Below, piece after piece: positions 28,480 through 36,739 of a DNA stretch of 59,360 nucleotides. Below the pieces are notes generated by a model, which worked only from the letters and a program-made list of their open reading frames with translations, ran no database searches and was not told the DNA's origin. The DNA is from Candidatus Woesearchaeota archaeon (lineage in GTDB: Archaea; Nanobdellota; Nanobdellia; UBA10117): positions 1-59,360 of the forward strand of contig CAYGXM010000005.1 of the NCBI GenBank assembly GCA_964354105.1, in the 5' to 3' direction. A program made the position numbers and the translations under genes. How positions within the stretch are numbered: position 1 is the first letter of the stretch; the number at the start of each line of letters is the position of its first letter.

Positions 28480-29016
28480 CTAATTAAGCACACCCTCTAA
28501 ATTCTCTAACGCATTGTACAAAACCTGTGTTTCGATTCCTTCTTTTTGAAGCTTTTTTCTAAGAGAATTTATGTGGCCCGCTCCAACTATAACCATACCA
28601 TCGCCATTTTTCTTTATCTTTTCTGCCCATTGTTTTTCACGTTTATATTTATAGAATAACTTTTGGAGCCAGGTTTTCTCTTCGATATCGTATTCTCTTA
28701 TTCCCTTATCAAGATAGATAACTTCGCTGCCGGATGCTGAAGCAGCCACCTTCATAGAATAGCGACCGTTGTTGCCTTCAGTATAGATCCGTTTTGGTTT
28801 GTATTCTCCAATAAGTCTGCATTCAACAGCAAAGCATTTTACAGCTTCAGCGCGGATTTTGTGAAGTTGGTCGCGCAGTTCAACAGTTTTGCTGTCTAGT
28901 TTTACACCATAACCATTTTTCATCCACATTTCTTCTAAGCGTTTATTAAATTCGCTAACTATACTTACTGCATTAGGAAGATGAGCTTCACCCACAATTA
29001 GGCATTTCCTTGTCAT
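28480..29016 (-). CDS. EreA/ChaN/TraB-like superfamily protein
   Basis: IVGEAH, IYTEG and VIVGAGH motifs. Confidence 0.5.
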   Translation of the reverse strand: MTRKCLIVGEAHLPNAVSIVSEFNKRLEEMWMKNGYGVKLDSKTVELRDQLHKIRAEAVKCFAVECRLIGEYKPKRIYTEGNNGRYSMKVAASASGSEVIYLDKGIREYDIEEKTWLQKLFYKYKREKQWAEKIKKNGDGMVIVGAGHINSLRKKLQKEGIETQVLYNALENLEGVLN

Positions 29017-29018
29017 TT

Positions 29019-29348
29019 TTACCTCTTCCCTTTTTGTGGCTCGTAATAAATATCTACATACATCTGATGAAAATCAAAAGATACTGCAGAATTATTTGTT
29101 TTATAGTTGCTACATCCTGCAGTTGAGCCGCGATCAATTTCTTCAATTTTGCCTTCTAATGGTGAAATTTCTATGTGGTCAACAGAGTCTTGCGGTCGCG
29201 GTCCAATTTTGGTGTGTTTATGTTTGGCTATAAGTGTTAGCGATTCAGGAAAAATAGACACGGGCAAATTAGTTATTATGTCCTCTACTAATTTTTTCTT
29301 TTCTTCATTTTCTGCGTTTATTTTCCAGTTTACCATTTTTATCTCCAA
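29019..29348 (-). CDS. hypothetical protein
   Basis: 109-aa ORF in a tight minus-strand run. Confidence 0.55.
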   Translation of the reverse strand: MEIKMVNWKINAENEEKKKLVEDIITNLPVSIFPESLTLIAKHKHTKIGPRPQDSVDHIEISPLEGKIEEIDRGSTAGCSNYKTNNSAVSFDFHQMYVDIYYEPQKGKR

Positions 29349-29788
29349 TTCTGCATAATAGCAGAGATATCGCTATGGCCTGTATCTTCAAGATGCTTAC
29401 GATACATTTGTTTTTTGTTACGGCCATGCCAAAGTTTGATAGCAGTTTGGCAAGGTATTTCATCTACAAGTCTAATTTTTAAAGTTGGAATTTTTAATTT
29501 GTTTTCATAACATGAGCCATCGCCCCGTTCATTTGCACGTGCGGCAAAACCACCTTTCATCTTAACAAAATATTTTGATTTTATTGGCGCAGGTAGATAC
29601 AAGATAACTGCATCATCAAATTCAACCTCTGCCCTCCTACACGCAAATGTAAGTGGTAAATAGAGCGAATCTGCGAAAGGCGAATTTGGATTAAGGCCTT
29701 CTATTTCTATGCGATGATGTCTGCGCAAAGTAGTTCCGTGCCATAATCCGCCAGCATAATTTCGTGGAATTAAAGACATATGTATCAC
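29339..29788 (-). CDS. putative ADP-ribosyltransferase-fold (KptA/PARP-like) protein
   Basis: LWHGT..I..EGL.P, SLYL, A..RA, VILYL, YE..IP..I pattern. Confidence 0.5.
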   Translation of the reverse strand: MIHMSLIPRNYAGGLWHGTTLRRHHRIEIEGLNPNSPFADSLYLPLTFACRRAEVEFDDAVILYLPAPIKSKYFVKMKGGFAARANERGDGSCYENKLKIPTLKIRLVDEIPCQTAIKLWHGRNKKQMYRKHLEDTGHSDISAIMQNWR

Positions 29789-30216
29789 CTTAGATTAGCG
29801 AACAGGACAGAGCCATCACTGCCTGCTGTTGGGATTACGTTTGTGATAAATGACAAGATAGCAGGTATTAACAGCATGATTATTACCAGCCTTGTGTATT
29901 TCTTCTGCTTTGGTATCATTAAGTACAGGGCTACAAGGCCTAATGCAATTATCAGATTAATCATTGGGCCTGCTAATGCTACAAACGTATCACTCTTTAC
30001 AGTGTTGCTGTTGTATGTAGTAAAGAAGTTCTGGTTGAAGAAGCTTCTAGTTCCATTTTCAGGTGATTCAAATAGGTGCATTTTTGGATTTAAGCCTAGC
30101 TCAGAAGCTACGAGCCAGTGACCCGTCTCATGAGCAATAATGTTTCCGTAAAGGCCTCCAAATAGTATTAGGCCTAGGACAATACCGCGCATCAGTGGCT
30201 TAGTTTTGATTACCAT
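29785..30216 (-). CDS. M50 (site-2 protease)-like membrane metallopeptidase
   Basis: AHETGH in a TM segment, VALAGPMIN, SDG. Confidence 0.8.
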   Translation of the reverse strand: MVIKTKPLMRGIVLGLILFGGLYGNIIAHETGHWLVASELGLNPKMHLFESPENGTRSFFNQNFFTTYNSNTVKSDTFVALAGPMINLIIALGLVALYLMIPKQKKYTRLVIIMLLIPAILSFITNVIPTAGSDGSVLFANLR

Positions 30217-30317
30217 TTCTATATGGTAATAAGCTAAATACCTTTATAAATGTTACTATATGGAAGGTATATAGGACTTATAAAGAAGCCTTTTTAAAGA
30301 AAAACAGCTATTCTAAC

Positions 30318-30592
30318 TGGCGAGCTAGTCTGCCCGGCCAGGGAGCGGGTGTTACAGTAAATTCCCTTTAGACTGAGACGAAGCTTTGAGAGCGGCTGCT
30401 TATGCAGTTAGCTGTCCTAGTGTATGGCGTCGAAGTACAGTCTCTATGGACGTCAAGATTAGGAAACTCCGTTAGATCCGGAAGGAAGCAGCGGTAACTT
30501 AGTTTTGGTGTGCTATAGTTCAATTGTATGGAGCTTTCATTGGGGTAAAACAGTTAGTTGTTAAGTAAGTCCACCACAGGGCCTGCTCGCCA
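30318..30592 (+). ncRNA. signal recognition particle (7S) RNA
   Basis: Helix 8 signature TTAGATCC-GGAA-GGAAGCAGC; terminal helix TGGCGAGC...GCTCGCCA; ~275 nt; TATA box upstream. Confidence 0.92.
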
Positions 30593-30600
30593 CTTTCAAT

Positions 30601-31080
30601 ATGAAAACTGGCTATCTCTTAATGTTGATTTTGTTTGTAGGTATAATTTTTGTAAGCGGATGCGTTCAGAAGCAAACAGAGGAAAAATGTAGACTGAGCC
30701 TTTGCGATTGCAAATGCCACACTGGAGAAATTCAGGAAGACAAAGGCCTGCTTTGCGGTATAAATTGTCTTGGCGAATTTGGCGTTTCAGGCTGTGAAAT
30801 TCAGAATGGCAATTGTACCGAAATTTATGATGTAGGAACCCAAGCCAAACAAAAATGCATGAATCTCTGTGCCTCTGCAACACAAGACTTGCAGGCTGGG
30901 CCTTGCCTCTCCGATAACAATCCTAACTGGAATGTGCTTGATTGGGTATGTGATGTAGCTCATTCTCCAAGACAAGATGTTGACAATCTAGCTGAAAATC
31001 AATGTTCTGCCTTTAAAGCAGGCACGGCAAAGCATTTTGTTGAAGTTACACCTGCTTGTGAATTCATCAGAGAGAACTAA
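30601..31080 (+). CDS. Cys-rich exported/lipoprotein
   Basis: Signal peptide ending VSGC; 15 Cys. Confidence 0.75.
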   Translation: MKTGYLLMLILFVGIIFVSGCVQKQTEEKCRLSLCDCKCHTGEIQEDKGLLCGINCLGEFGVSGCEIQNGNCTEIYDVGTQAKQKCMNLCASATQDLQAGPCLSDNNPNWNVLDWVCDVAHSPRQDVDNLAENQCSAFKAGTAKHFVEVTPACEFIREN

Positions 31081-31114
31081 AGACTTTTAAGAGTAAATTT
31101 GAGTTTTATTTTAT

Positions 31115-31242
31115 GCCGAGATGGCCCAACCTGGTATAAAACGAAATTGGCGAATTTCGCTAATTTCCTTACAGGAAAAGGCGAAGGATTGCTAATCCTT
31201 TTTCCCGCAAGGGATTTGTGGGTTCAAATCCCACTCTCGGCG
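31115..31242 (+). tRNA. tRNA-Ser(GCT) with 42-nt D-loop intron (31136-31177)
   Basis: GCCGAGA/TCTCGGC acceptor, AAGGA-TT-GCT-AA-TCCTT anticodon arm, long variable arm; BHB CCTG/CAGG with GT|A and AA|A bulges. Confidence 0.92.
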
Positions 31243-31252
31243 CTTGATAAAA

Positions 31253-32113
31253 ATGAAAATTCTTGCAGTAAGCGATTTTGACAATGGCTTTCCAAAAGGA
31301 TTAGCTAAAAAACTAAGGAAGGAAAATCCTGATGTAATTCTTACCGCCGGTGACTTGTGCTATGGTTATAAAATTAGAAAGATAATGTTTGGCCACTACA
31401 AATCAAACGTGGAATGGTATGATACTATCGGCAGGAAAAAAGCAAAAAAACTCCTATTGGAATCTGTTAGGCACGGAAATAAGGTTCTAAAATTTCTCAA
31501 TAGCTTAGATGCGCCAGTCTTTTTAGTGATAGGGAATAACGATAGAACTGGTGTTAAGAGGAAAAAGAAGGGCTGGAAATTTAATCAAAAGGATTTGTTC
31601 AGTCCTTTGCTGAAAAAATACAAAAATATAATTCCTATTGATTTAAGTGGGGCCAAATTCGAAGGCTTTTATCTTATTGGTTATGGGCAGAGTAACTCTT
31701 CCCCGGAACTGCCAATGTACAAATTCCAAAAAGAAGAGCTAACAAAAAAACAGTTATCCAAAAAGCTGAAAGATTTTAAGCGCTGCATTAAGACACTCGA
31801 CAAGTTTTTCAAAAAGGCTGAGCCTAGGAAAACAATCTTTTTAGTTCATAATGCTCCATTTAATACAAAGTTAGATAAGATTACAAGTAAATCTGCTCCA
31901 AAAGCAGTTCGAGGTAAGCATTTTGGCTCTTTAGTTGCTCGTAAAATCATAGAAAAATACAAACCTCTCCTCTGTGTTGGCGGTCATATGCACGAAGGAT
32001 TTGGGGTTGATAAAATTGGAAGGACTCTTTGTGTCAATAATGGTGCCACATTTGAAAGCCATTATGCAACAATAGGCATTAAAAATAGCAAAGTCAAAGT
32101 TAAACTAAAATGA
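31253..32113 (+). CDS. metallophosphoesterase (calcineurin-like)
   Basis: AVSD, AGDL, GNND, VHNAP, GHMHE. Confidence 0.9.
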   Translation: MKILAVSDFDNGFPKGLAKKLRKENPDVILTAGDLCYGYKIRKIMFGHYKSNVEWYDTIGRKKAKKLLLESVRHGNKVLKFLNSLDAPVFLVIGNNDRTGVKRKKKGWKFNQKDLFSPLLKKYKNIIPIDLSGAKFEGFYLIGYGQSNSSPELPMYKFQKEELTKKQLSKKLKDFKRCIKTLDKFFKKAEPRKTIFLVHNAPFNTKLDKITSKSAPKAVRGKHFGSLVARKIIEKYKPLLCVGGHMHEGFGVDKIGRTLCVNNGATFESHYATIGIKNSKVKVKLK

Positions 32114-32553
32114 AAGCTTACTTAACTTGGGGAATTGGTTATGGGAAAAGCCGAGAGCTTGCCGAGATAAATGCACAAGCTGATGCAAATCTTGACAAAA
32201 TCAAGATTGGCAAGCTTACAAAATTAGAAATTCCTAAATGCGAAGTTGTTGAAAACAAGAAAGCCTTGCTGGAATTAAAAGGAAGTTTCTTTGGAATTGT
32301 ACTGCAAAACTGCAAGAAAGGTGAAGTTGCAGCATCTTTAGTTCTAGGATTAACTGAAGAAAAAATAATAATTGGGCATGGAAAAGCTGGCGGCCTGGTA
32401 AAAGCTGAAAGGGAAGCTGAATTTGAAGTCAAAAAGGCAATTCAGGAACAGAAATTAGCTCTTGATGGTATTGATTATCACATAGCCGCAGATGCGCCAG
32501 CTAAGAAAGATACATTTGGCTGTGCAATTGTTGCTTTAATTCTAGTTGAATAG
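32110..32553 (+). CDS. pyruvoyl-dependent arginine decarboxylase homologue, probably inactive
   Basis: Aligns by eye with PvlArgDC (G..YG...A...A..ANL; FGCAIVAL), but the Ser-Ser cleavage site reads LTK. Confidence 0.65.
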   Translation: MKAYLTWGIGYGKSRELAEINAQADANLDKIKIGKLTKLEIPKCEVVENKKALLELKGSFFGIVLQNCKKGEVAASLVLGLTEEKIIIGHGKAGGLVKAEREAEFEVKKAIQEQKLALDGIDYHIAADAPAKKDTFGCAIVALILVE

Positions 32554-32590
32554 AAAGGCTTTATAATTGATTTTTAGAGCTTAAACTTAC

Positions 32591-32741
32591 GGGACGGTAG
32601 CTCAGCCTGGGAGAGCACACGACTGAAGATCCCAGAGCAGACATCGTGGGGAATCTATCAGCTATCGCTGATAAGTCCACAATCGGGTGTTCAAAATTGA
32701 GAAGTCACTTTGGCTTCCCACAGAAATTCACCCCCGTCCCA
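32591..32741 (+). tRNA. tRNA-Phe(GAA) with three introns (32629-32642, 32652-32682, 32696-32727)
   Basis: Removing the three segments gives a canonical cloverleaf: GGGACGG/CCGTCCC, CACGA-CTGAAGA-TCGTG, GGGTC, GGGTG-TTCAAAT-CACCC. Confidence 0.88.
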
Positions 32742-33447
32742 TATCTAATGCCAAATTAATTTTGCTTAAATTTCGTTGATTATTAGATCCTATCAATTCC
32801 ATCCATCTCCTTAGATTTTTCCAGCCTGAAATGTAAATCGAAGATCCAATACTTGTAAAACCGCGCTTATCTTTAGTAACAACATCATACGCAACGTAAA
32901 AATAAAATCCTAATTCTCGCAGTAATCTCTCTATTTGTTTAATTGCTTGCTTACTTTTTTGGTTTATCTTAATAACAGGATAGCCATGATTATAAGTTTT
33001 TAGCGATACGCAGCCATCAGTATCAAAAATTCCTCGTAAATATGCGCGCGATAAATCCGTATTGTTTAAAATAATATTTGGAATAGACCAATTTGTTTTT
33101 CGTCCAATATTAACACCTAAACTTTCTAAGTAATATACGATGCCTTTTGAACGAAATTGGATATGAATAGTATTCTGGCCTTTATGTTCGCCTATTTTCA
33201 GGCTAACATTAAACAAATTTTTCAAGAGTGGCAATAAAATATTTTGAAAATATTCTCTATCTTTTTTAGAATTACCACTTATGCCAATCATATGTTCAAT
33301 ACTGCCACTGTGATGCGCATATCGCAACACATATCCATCACCAGCCAATACGCCTAAAAATTCAGCTAATTTTCCATCTACAGATTTAGGTAATTTAATA
33401 CCGCGTTTTACATCCTTACGACTAAAATATTTGAACACTTCTTTCAT
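32728..33447 (-). CDS. free-standing LAGLIDADG (intein-type DOD) homing endonuclease
   Basis: LAEFLGVLAGDG and YLRGIFDTDG motifs; no intein splicing domains. Confidence 0.9.
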   Translation of the reverse strand: MKEVFKYFSRKDVKRGIKLPKSVDGKLAEFLGVLAGDGYVLRYAHHSGSIEHMIGISGNSKKDREYFQNILLPLLKNLFNVSLKIGEHKGQNTIHIQFRSKGIVYYLESLGVNIGRKTNWSIPNIILNNTDLSRAYLRGIFDTDGCVSLKTYNHGYPVIKINQKSKQAIKQIERLLRELGFYFYVAYDVVTKDKRGFTSIGSSIYISGWKNLRRWMELIGSNNQRNLSKINLALDMGRG

Positions 33448-33489
33448 CGGTATATTATAGTAAACAAATCAAATAAAGCTATGTTACTA

Positions 33490-34656
33490 CTATAAGTCTA
33501 AACCTAAAGCAAAACTCTTTCCCTTCTCAGTAACATAACTATAGTAAGGCCAGAAAGTTTGCTGCAATCTATTGCCTGATGTATGCATGATTTCTGCATA
33601 TTGTTCTGCAATGCCCCGCATTTTCTTCCTCTTTGCAGCTCTAATAAACAACTTCAACAAAAGTTCAGGTTGCTGGTGCATTACAAATTTCTTATTAGCT
33701 TCTGATTTTGCCTGCTGAACTCCTGCTAAAGCAAGATAGCGGGCATAAACAAGGAAACGCCAGTGCTGCCATCTGCTGATTCTTGCTAAAAACATGCTTG
33801 CATCAGCCAAATTTTGATATGCAAATTCCAAATCTGAGGATTTGGTATACTCTGCGGGAATGTTTTGGTCTAACCATAAAATCAAACTGTCTATATCTTC
33901 ATTAACATAATCTGAAATCTTCAGCATATCTTTTGTATTGAATGATTTAAAGATTAATTTCAGCAAAGTAAAGATGCTTTCTTCTTTTTCTCTTCCAAAT
34001 AGTTTAATGTCAGCTTCTGTCAGCATTTTGTCATCGCCTGCCAGCATCTGCAGGTCATTTATCGCTGCTCTTAAGTCGCCATTTGAACTTACAGCTAATT
34101 TCTGCATGGCTGGCAATTCATATTTTACATTTTCCTTGGCACAAATTTCTCTCAATCTAACTAAAATGTCGATTGCACTTAATTGTTTGAACTCTACAAG
34201 CTCGCAATAAGCCCTTAGAGATTTTAATTTATCGGAATAAGCATCATTTGCAGTCAGTATAATTGGAAAATTGCTTTCTTTTATGACATCTGCAATCGAA
34301 CCAACTCCGCCTCTATCCTGATGTCCTGATAAGCCATCAATTTCATCAACTAAAATCAATTTCTTTTGGCCAAATAAGCTGACTTGCTTGACAGCAGGCA
34401 TTAGAACATTTATTATGGAATCTGCATTCCTGCAATCAGAAGCATTTAGTTCTATTAATTCCAAATTAAGCTCATTAGCAAGAGCTTTTACAATAGATGT
34501 CTTGCCATTTCCAGTCGGTCCGTGCAGTAAAAGAGCTTTTTTGCGAACTCTTGGGAAATTTCTTACAAAGTTTACAACAGAGCCTGCAACAAGAGCTTGT
34601 CCAGCTACCTCTTTTACTTTCTTAGGATTGTATTTCTTTATCCAAGGCTCAACCAT
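33490..34656 (-). CDS. rfcL: replication factor C large subunit
   Basis: PWIKKYNPK, GPTGNGKTS, ELNASD, LVDEIDG, WRFLVY. Confidence 0.96.
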   Translation of the reverse strand: MVEPWIKKYNPKKVKEVAGQALVAGSVVNFVRNFPRVRKKALLLHGPTGNGKTSIVKALANELNLELIELNASDCRNADSIINVLMPAVKQVSLFGQKKLILVDEIDGLSGHQDRGGVGSIADVIKESNFPIILTANDAYSDKLKSLRAYCELVEFKQLSAIDILVRLREICAKENVKYELPAMQKLAVSSNGDLRAAINDLQMLAGDDKMLTEADIKLFGREKEESIFTLLKLIFKSFNTKDMLKISDYVNEDIDSLILWLDQNIPAEYTKSSDLEFAYQNLADASMFLARISRWQHWRFLVYARYLALAGVQQAKSEANKKFVMHQQPELLLKLFIRAAKRKKMRGIAEQYAEIMHTSGNRLQQTFWPYYSYVTEKGKSFALGLDL

Positions 34657-35296
34657 TTTTTCCTTTCACCAACAAAAATTTATTAGATTGCCAAAAACAC
34701 TCAACGCTTTTTTCTTTTGCCTTATAGCGCTCCCTGCACCACCAAACATTTCCTGCATTTCTAGGCTCTACAAACCAATCTTGCCTATGGAAATATAGAT
34801 TAGCAGGGTTCCATTTTTCACCAAGTCCATCCGTTCTTATCTGCACCAATTCGTTACCTTCAAAGCTTCTTCCAAATCTCGCGACTATATTTCTAATCGT
34901 AATATCTTGTATGTGTGTAGTACTTTCTTCTTGTTTCAAATAATCAAGGCTAGAGTTAATATTAGATTGTGCATTATCAAAAACTTCGGAAGCATTTTTT
35001 ACCAACCATTCCAGTTCTTCAGCATGCTGTTTAAAATGCTCGTAATATGCATCTTCATATAACTTACAGGCTCTTGCATAGTCTAAAACAACATACTTAC
35101 CTTCAAGTATATTCACTTGCGCATTCCAAACTAAATTTTCCCCGGTAACCCATCCAATCATCCAACTGCCTTCGCCAAGATTTTCATCAAATTCTTTGAT
35201 CTTTTGGTCTCGTTTTTTACCCAAATAGCCCAGCCTGGTTAAAATTACATACTTGTCTATTTCTACTTGACTTTTCTCTGCATATTCACTTCCCAT
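34649..35296 (-). CDS. hypothetical protein
   Basis: 215-aa ORF overlapping the rfcL start; no family recognised. Confidence 0.7.
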   Translation of the reverse strand: MGSEYAEKSQVEIDKYVILTRLGYLGKKRDQKIKEFDENLGEGSWMIGWVTGENLVWNAQVNILEGKYVVLDYARACKLYEDAYYEHFKQHAEELEWLVKNASEVFDNAQSNINSSLDYLKQEESTTHIQDITIRNIVARFGRSFEGNELVQIRTDGLGEKWNPANLYFHRQDWFVEPRNAGNVWWCRERYKAKEKSVECFWQSNKFLLVKGKNG

Positions 35297-35304
35297 AATG
35301 CCTC

Positions 35305-36012
35305 CTACCTTAGTATAAAATAGACTCTTTTCCTCTCTTTGCCCTTGTTTTCAAATTCTGTTATCTCAATCTGGCCACATTCCTTTGTGTTTTTGACGTG
35401 CGTGCCGCCGTCAGCTTGTATGTCAACAGTTCCAATTGATACAATTCTTAATTCAGGAATAGTTGGTGGCAAAACATGTGCCAGTTTTACAATAGATGGA
35501 ATCTTCATGGCTTCTTTGTAAGGCAAAAATTTAGTCTCAACATTAAGCCCGCTGACTAAAATCTCATTTGTTTTTTGTTCAAATTCCTTGAATCTATCTT
35601 TGACTTCAGGCCCGCTGAAGTCGATATGCGCAACATCTGTTCTAAGCTGGTTGCCTGTTATCAATGAATTTGTTTCTTTGTTTATAACTGCAGATAAAAT
35701 ATGGCATGCAGTGTGCATCCTCATCAGTTTATAGCGGCGATCCCAATCCAAATAACCGTTAACTTTATCCCCAGTTTTCAATCCAATAGCATCAACTTCA
35801 TGAAGAATTTGCTGACCAAGCTTCTTCACCATCATGACTTGAAATATTTGGCCATCTGATATTCTAACAAGCTTTCCTCTGTCATCAATCTGACCACCAC
35901 TTTCAGGATAAAAGACAGTTTTGTCCAAAAACACATTCTTGCCTTCAACATTTACAACAGTAGCTTCAAAATCCTGCAAATAACTATCTTTTAGATAAAG
36001 TAATTCAGTCAT
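35305..36012 (-). CDS. alaX: free-standing alanyl-tRNA editing protein AlaX-M
   Basis: LYLKDSY, FYPESGGQ, HTACH, ADGGTH. Confidence 0.95.
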   Translation of the reverse strand: MTELLYLKDSYLQDFEATVVNVEGKNVFLDKTVFYPESGGQIDDRGKLVRISDGQIFQVMMVKKLGQQILHEVDAIGLKTGDKVNGYLDWDRRYKLMRMHTACHILSAVINKETNSLITGNQLRTDVAHIDFSGPEVKDRFKEFEQKTNEILVSGLNVETKFLPYKEAMKIPSIVKLAHVLPPTIPELRIVSIGTVDIQADGGTHVKNTKECGQIEITEFENKGKERKRVYFILR

Positions 36013-36737
36013 TTTCGCATTACAGATATTGCTGCGGTAACATATTCTTTGACCTTTGTATGATCTAACTCATCCGCATAATCCTTCATTAGCTGTCCTT
36101 CTGCATCAATTGAAGCATCAAATTCCCGAATCAAATCTCCAATATCTGCAACCCTTTTGGCATTAAGTCCTCCTGCAAATACGGCTCTTGCGCCTAAATT
36201 ATGAATTCTGCTTGCAACGGCTTTGCTTGTTTTTAGATTAAGGGGTTTGCCTGCGCCCATTGACTGATCAATTATAACATAATCTATAAATTTAGCATAT
36301 GGCCGCATCTTTTCTTCCATCTTTCCAGTATCATCTTCGAACATTTGGTTTTCAATCTGAAAAATTGTCTTAAGGTTGTGTTTCTCCTTTAAATCTTCAA
36401 AATATTTCACTGGCGGGTATTCCATGTTTAATTGTATTGCATTACATTCGCCTTTTGCGGAATCAATTGCAATTTCGATACTTCTCCAAGGATCTTTTCT
36501 ATCGCGCCAATGGCTATCACACCAGTGAAGAGTTCTTAGGGAGTTCGCCGGCATTTTATTCATAAGATTAGCAATATCACCAAGAGCTGCGTATCTTCCT
36601 CTTTGTGATTTCTCTCTAAGAGTAGTGTGGCTCATCAAAACACCATACATTCCAAAAGTTCCATTTAGTGCATCATTCATTATTGTGACATCTTCTAATG
36701 TCGTAAAACCTGTTACGCCAATATACGCTTTTTCCAT
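36009..36737 (-). CDS. TrpF (PRA isomerase)-like TIM barrel protein
   Basis: YIGVTG, IQLN, IDQSMGAG, FAGGLN; no other trp genes nearby. Confidence 0.6.
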   Translation of the reverse strand: MEKAYIGVTGFTTLEDVTIMNDALNGTFGMYGVLMSHTTLREKSQRGRYAALGDIANLMNKMPANSLRTLHWCDSHWRDRKDPWRSIEIAIDSAKGECNAIQLNMEYPPVKYFEDLKEKHNLKTIFQIENQMFEDDTGKMEEKMRPYAKFIDYVIIDQSMGAGKPLNLKTSKAVASRIHNLGARAVFAGGLNAKRVADIGDLIREFDASIDAEGQLMKDYADELDHTKVKEYVTAAISVMRK

Positions 36738-36739
36738 TT

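Noticed and set aside
30318-30592. Considered RNase P RNA
   Set aside because: No GAGGAAAGUCC / AGUUGGC-type P4 motifs; the helix 8 GGAA/GGAAGCAG signature identifies SRP RNA
32728-33447. Intein or group I intron host
   Set aside because: No N-terminal Cys/Ser splicing block or C-terminal HN, and the flanking rfcL and tRNA are not interrupted by it
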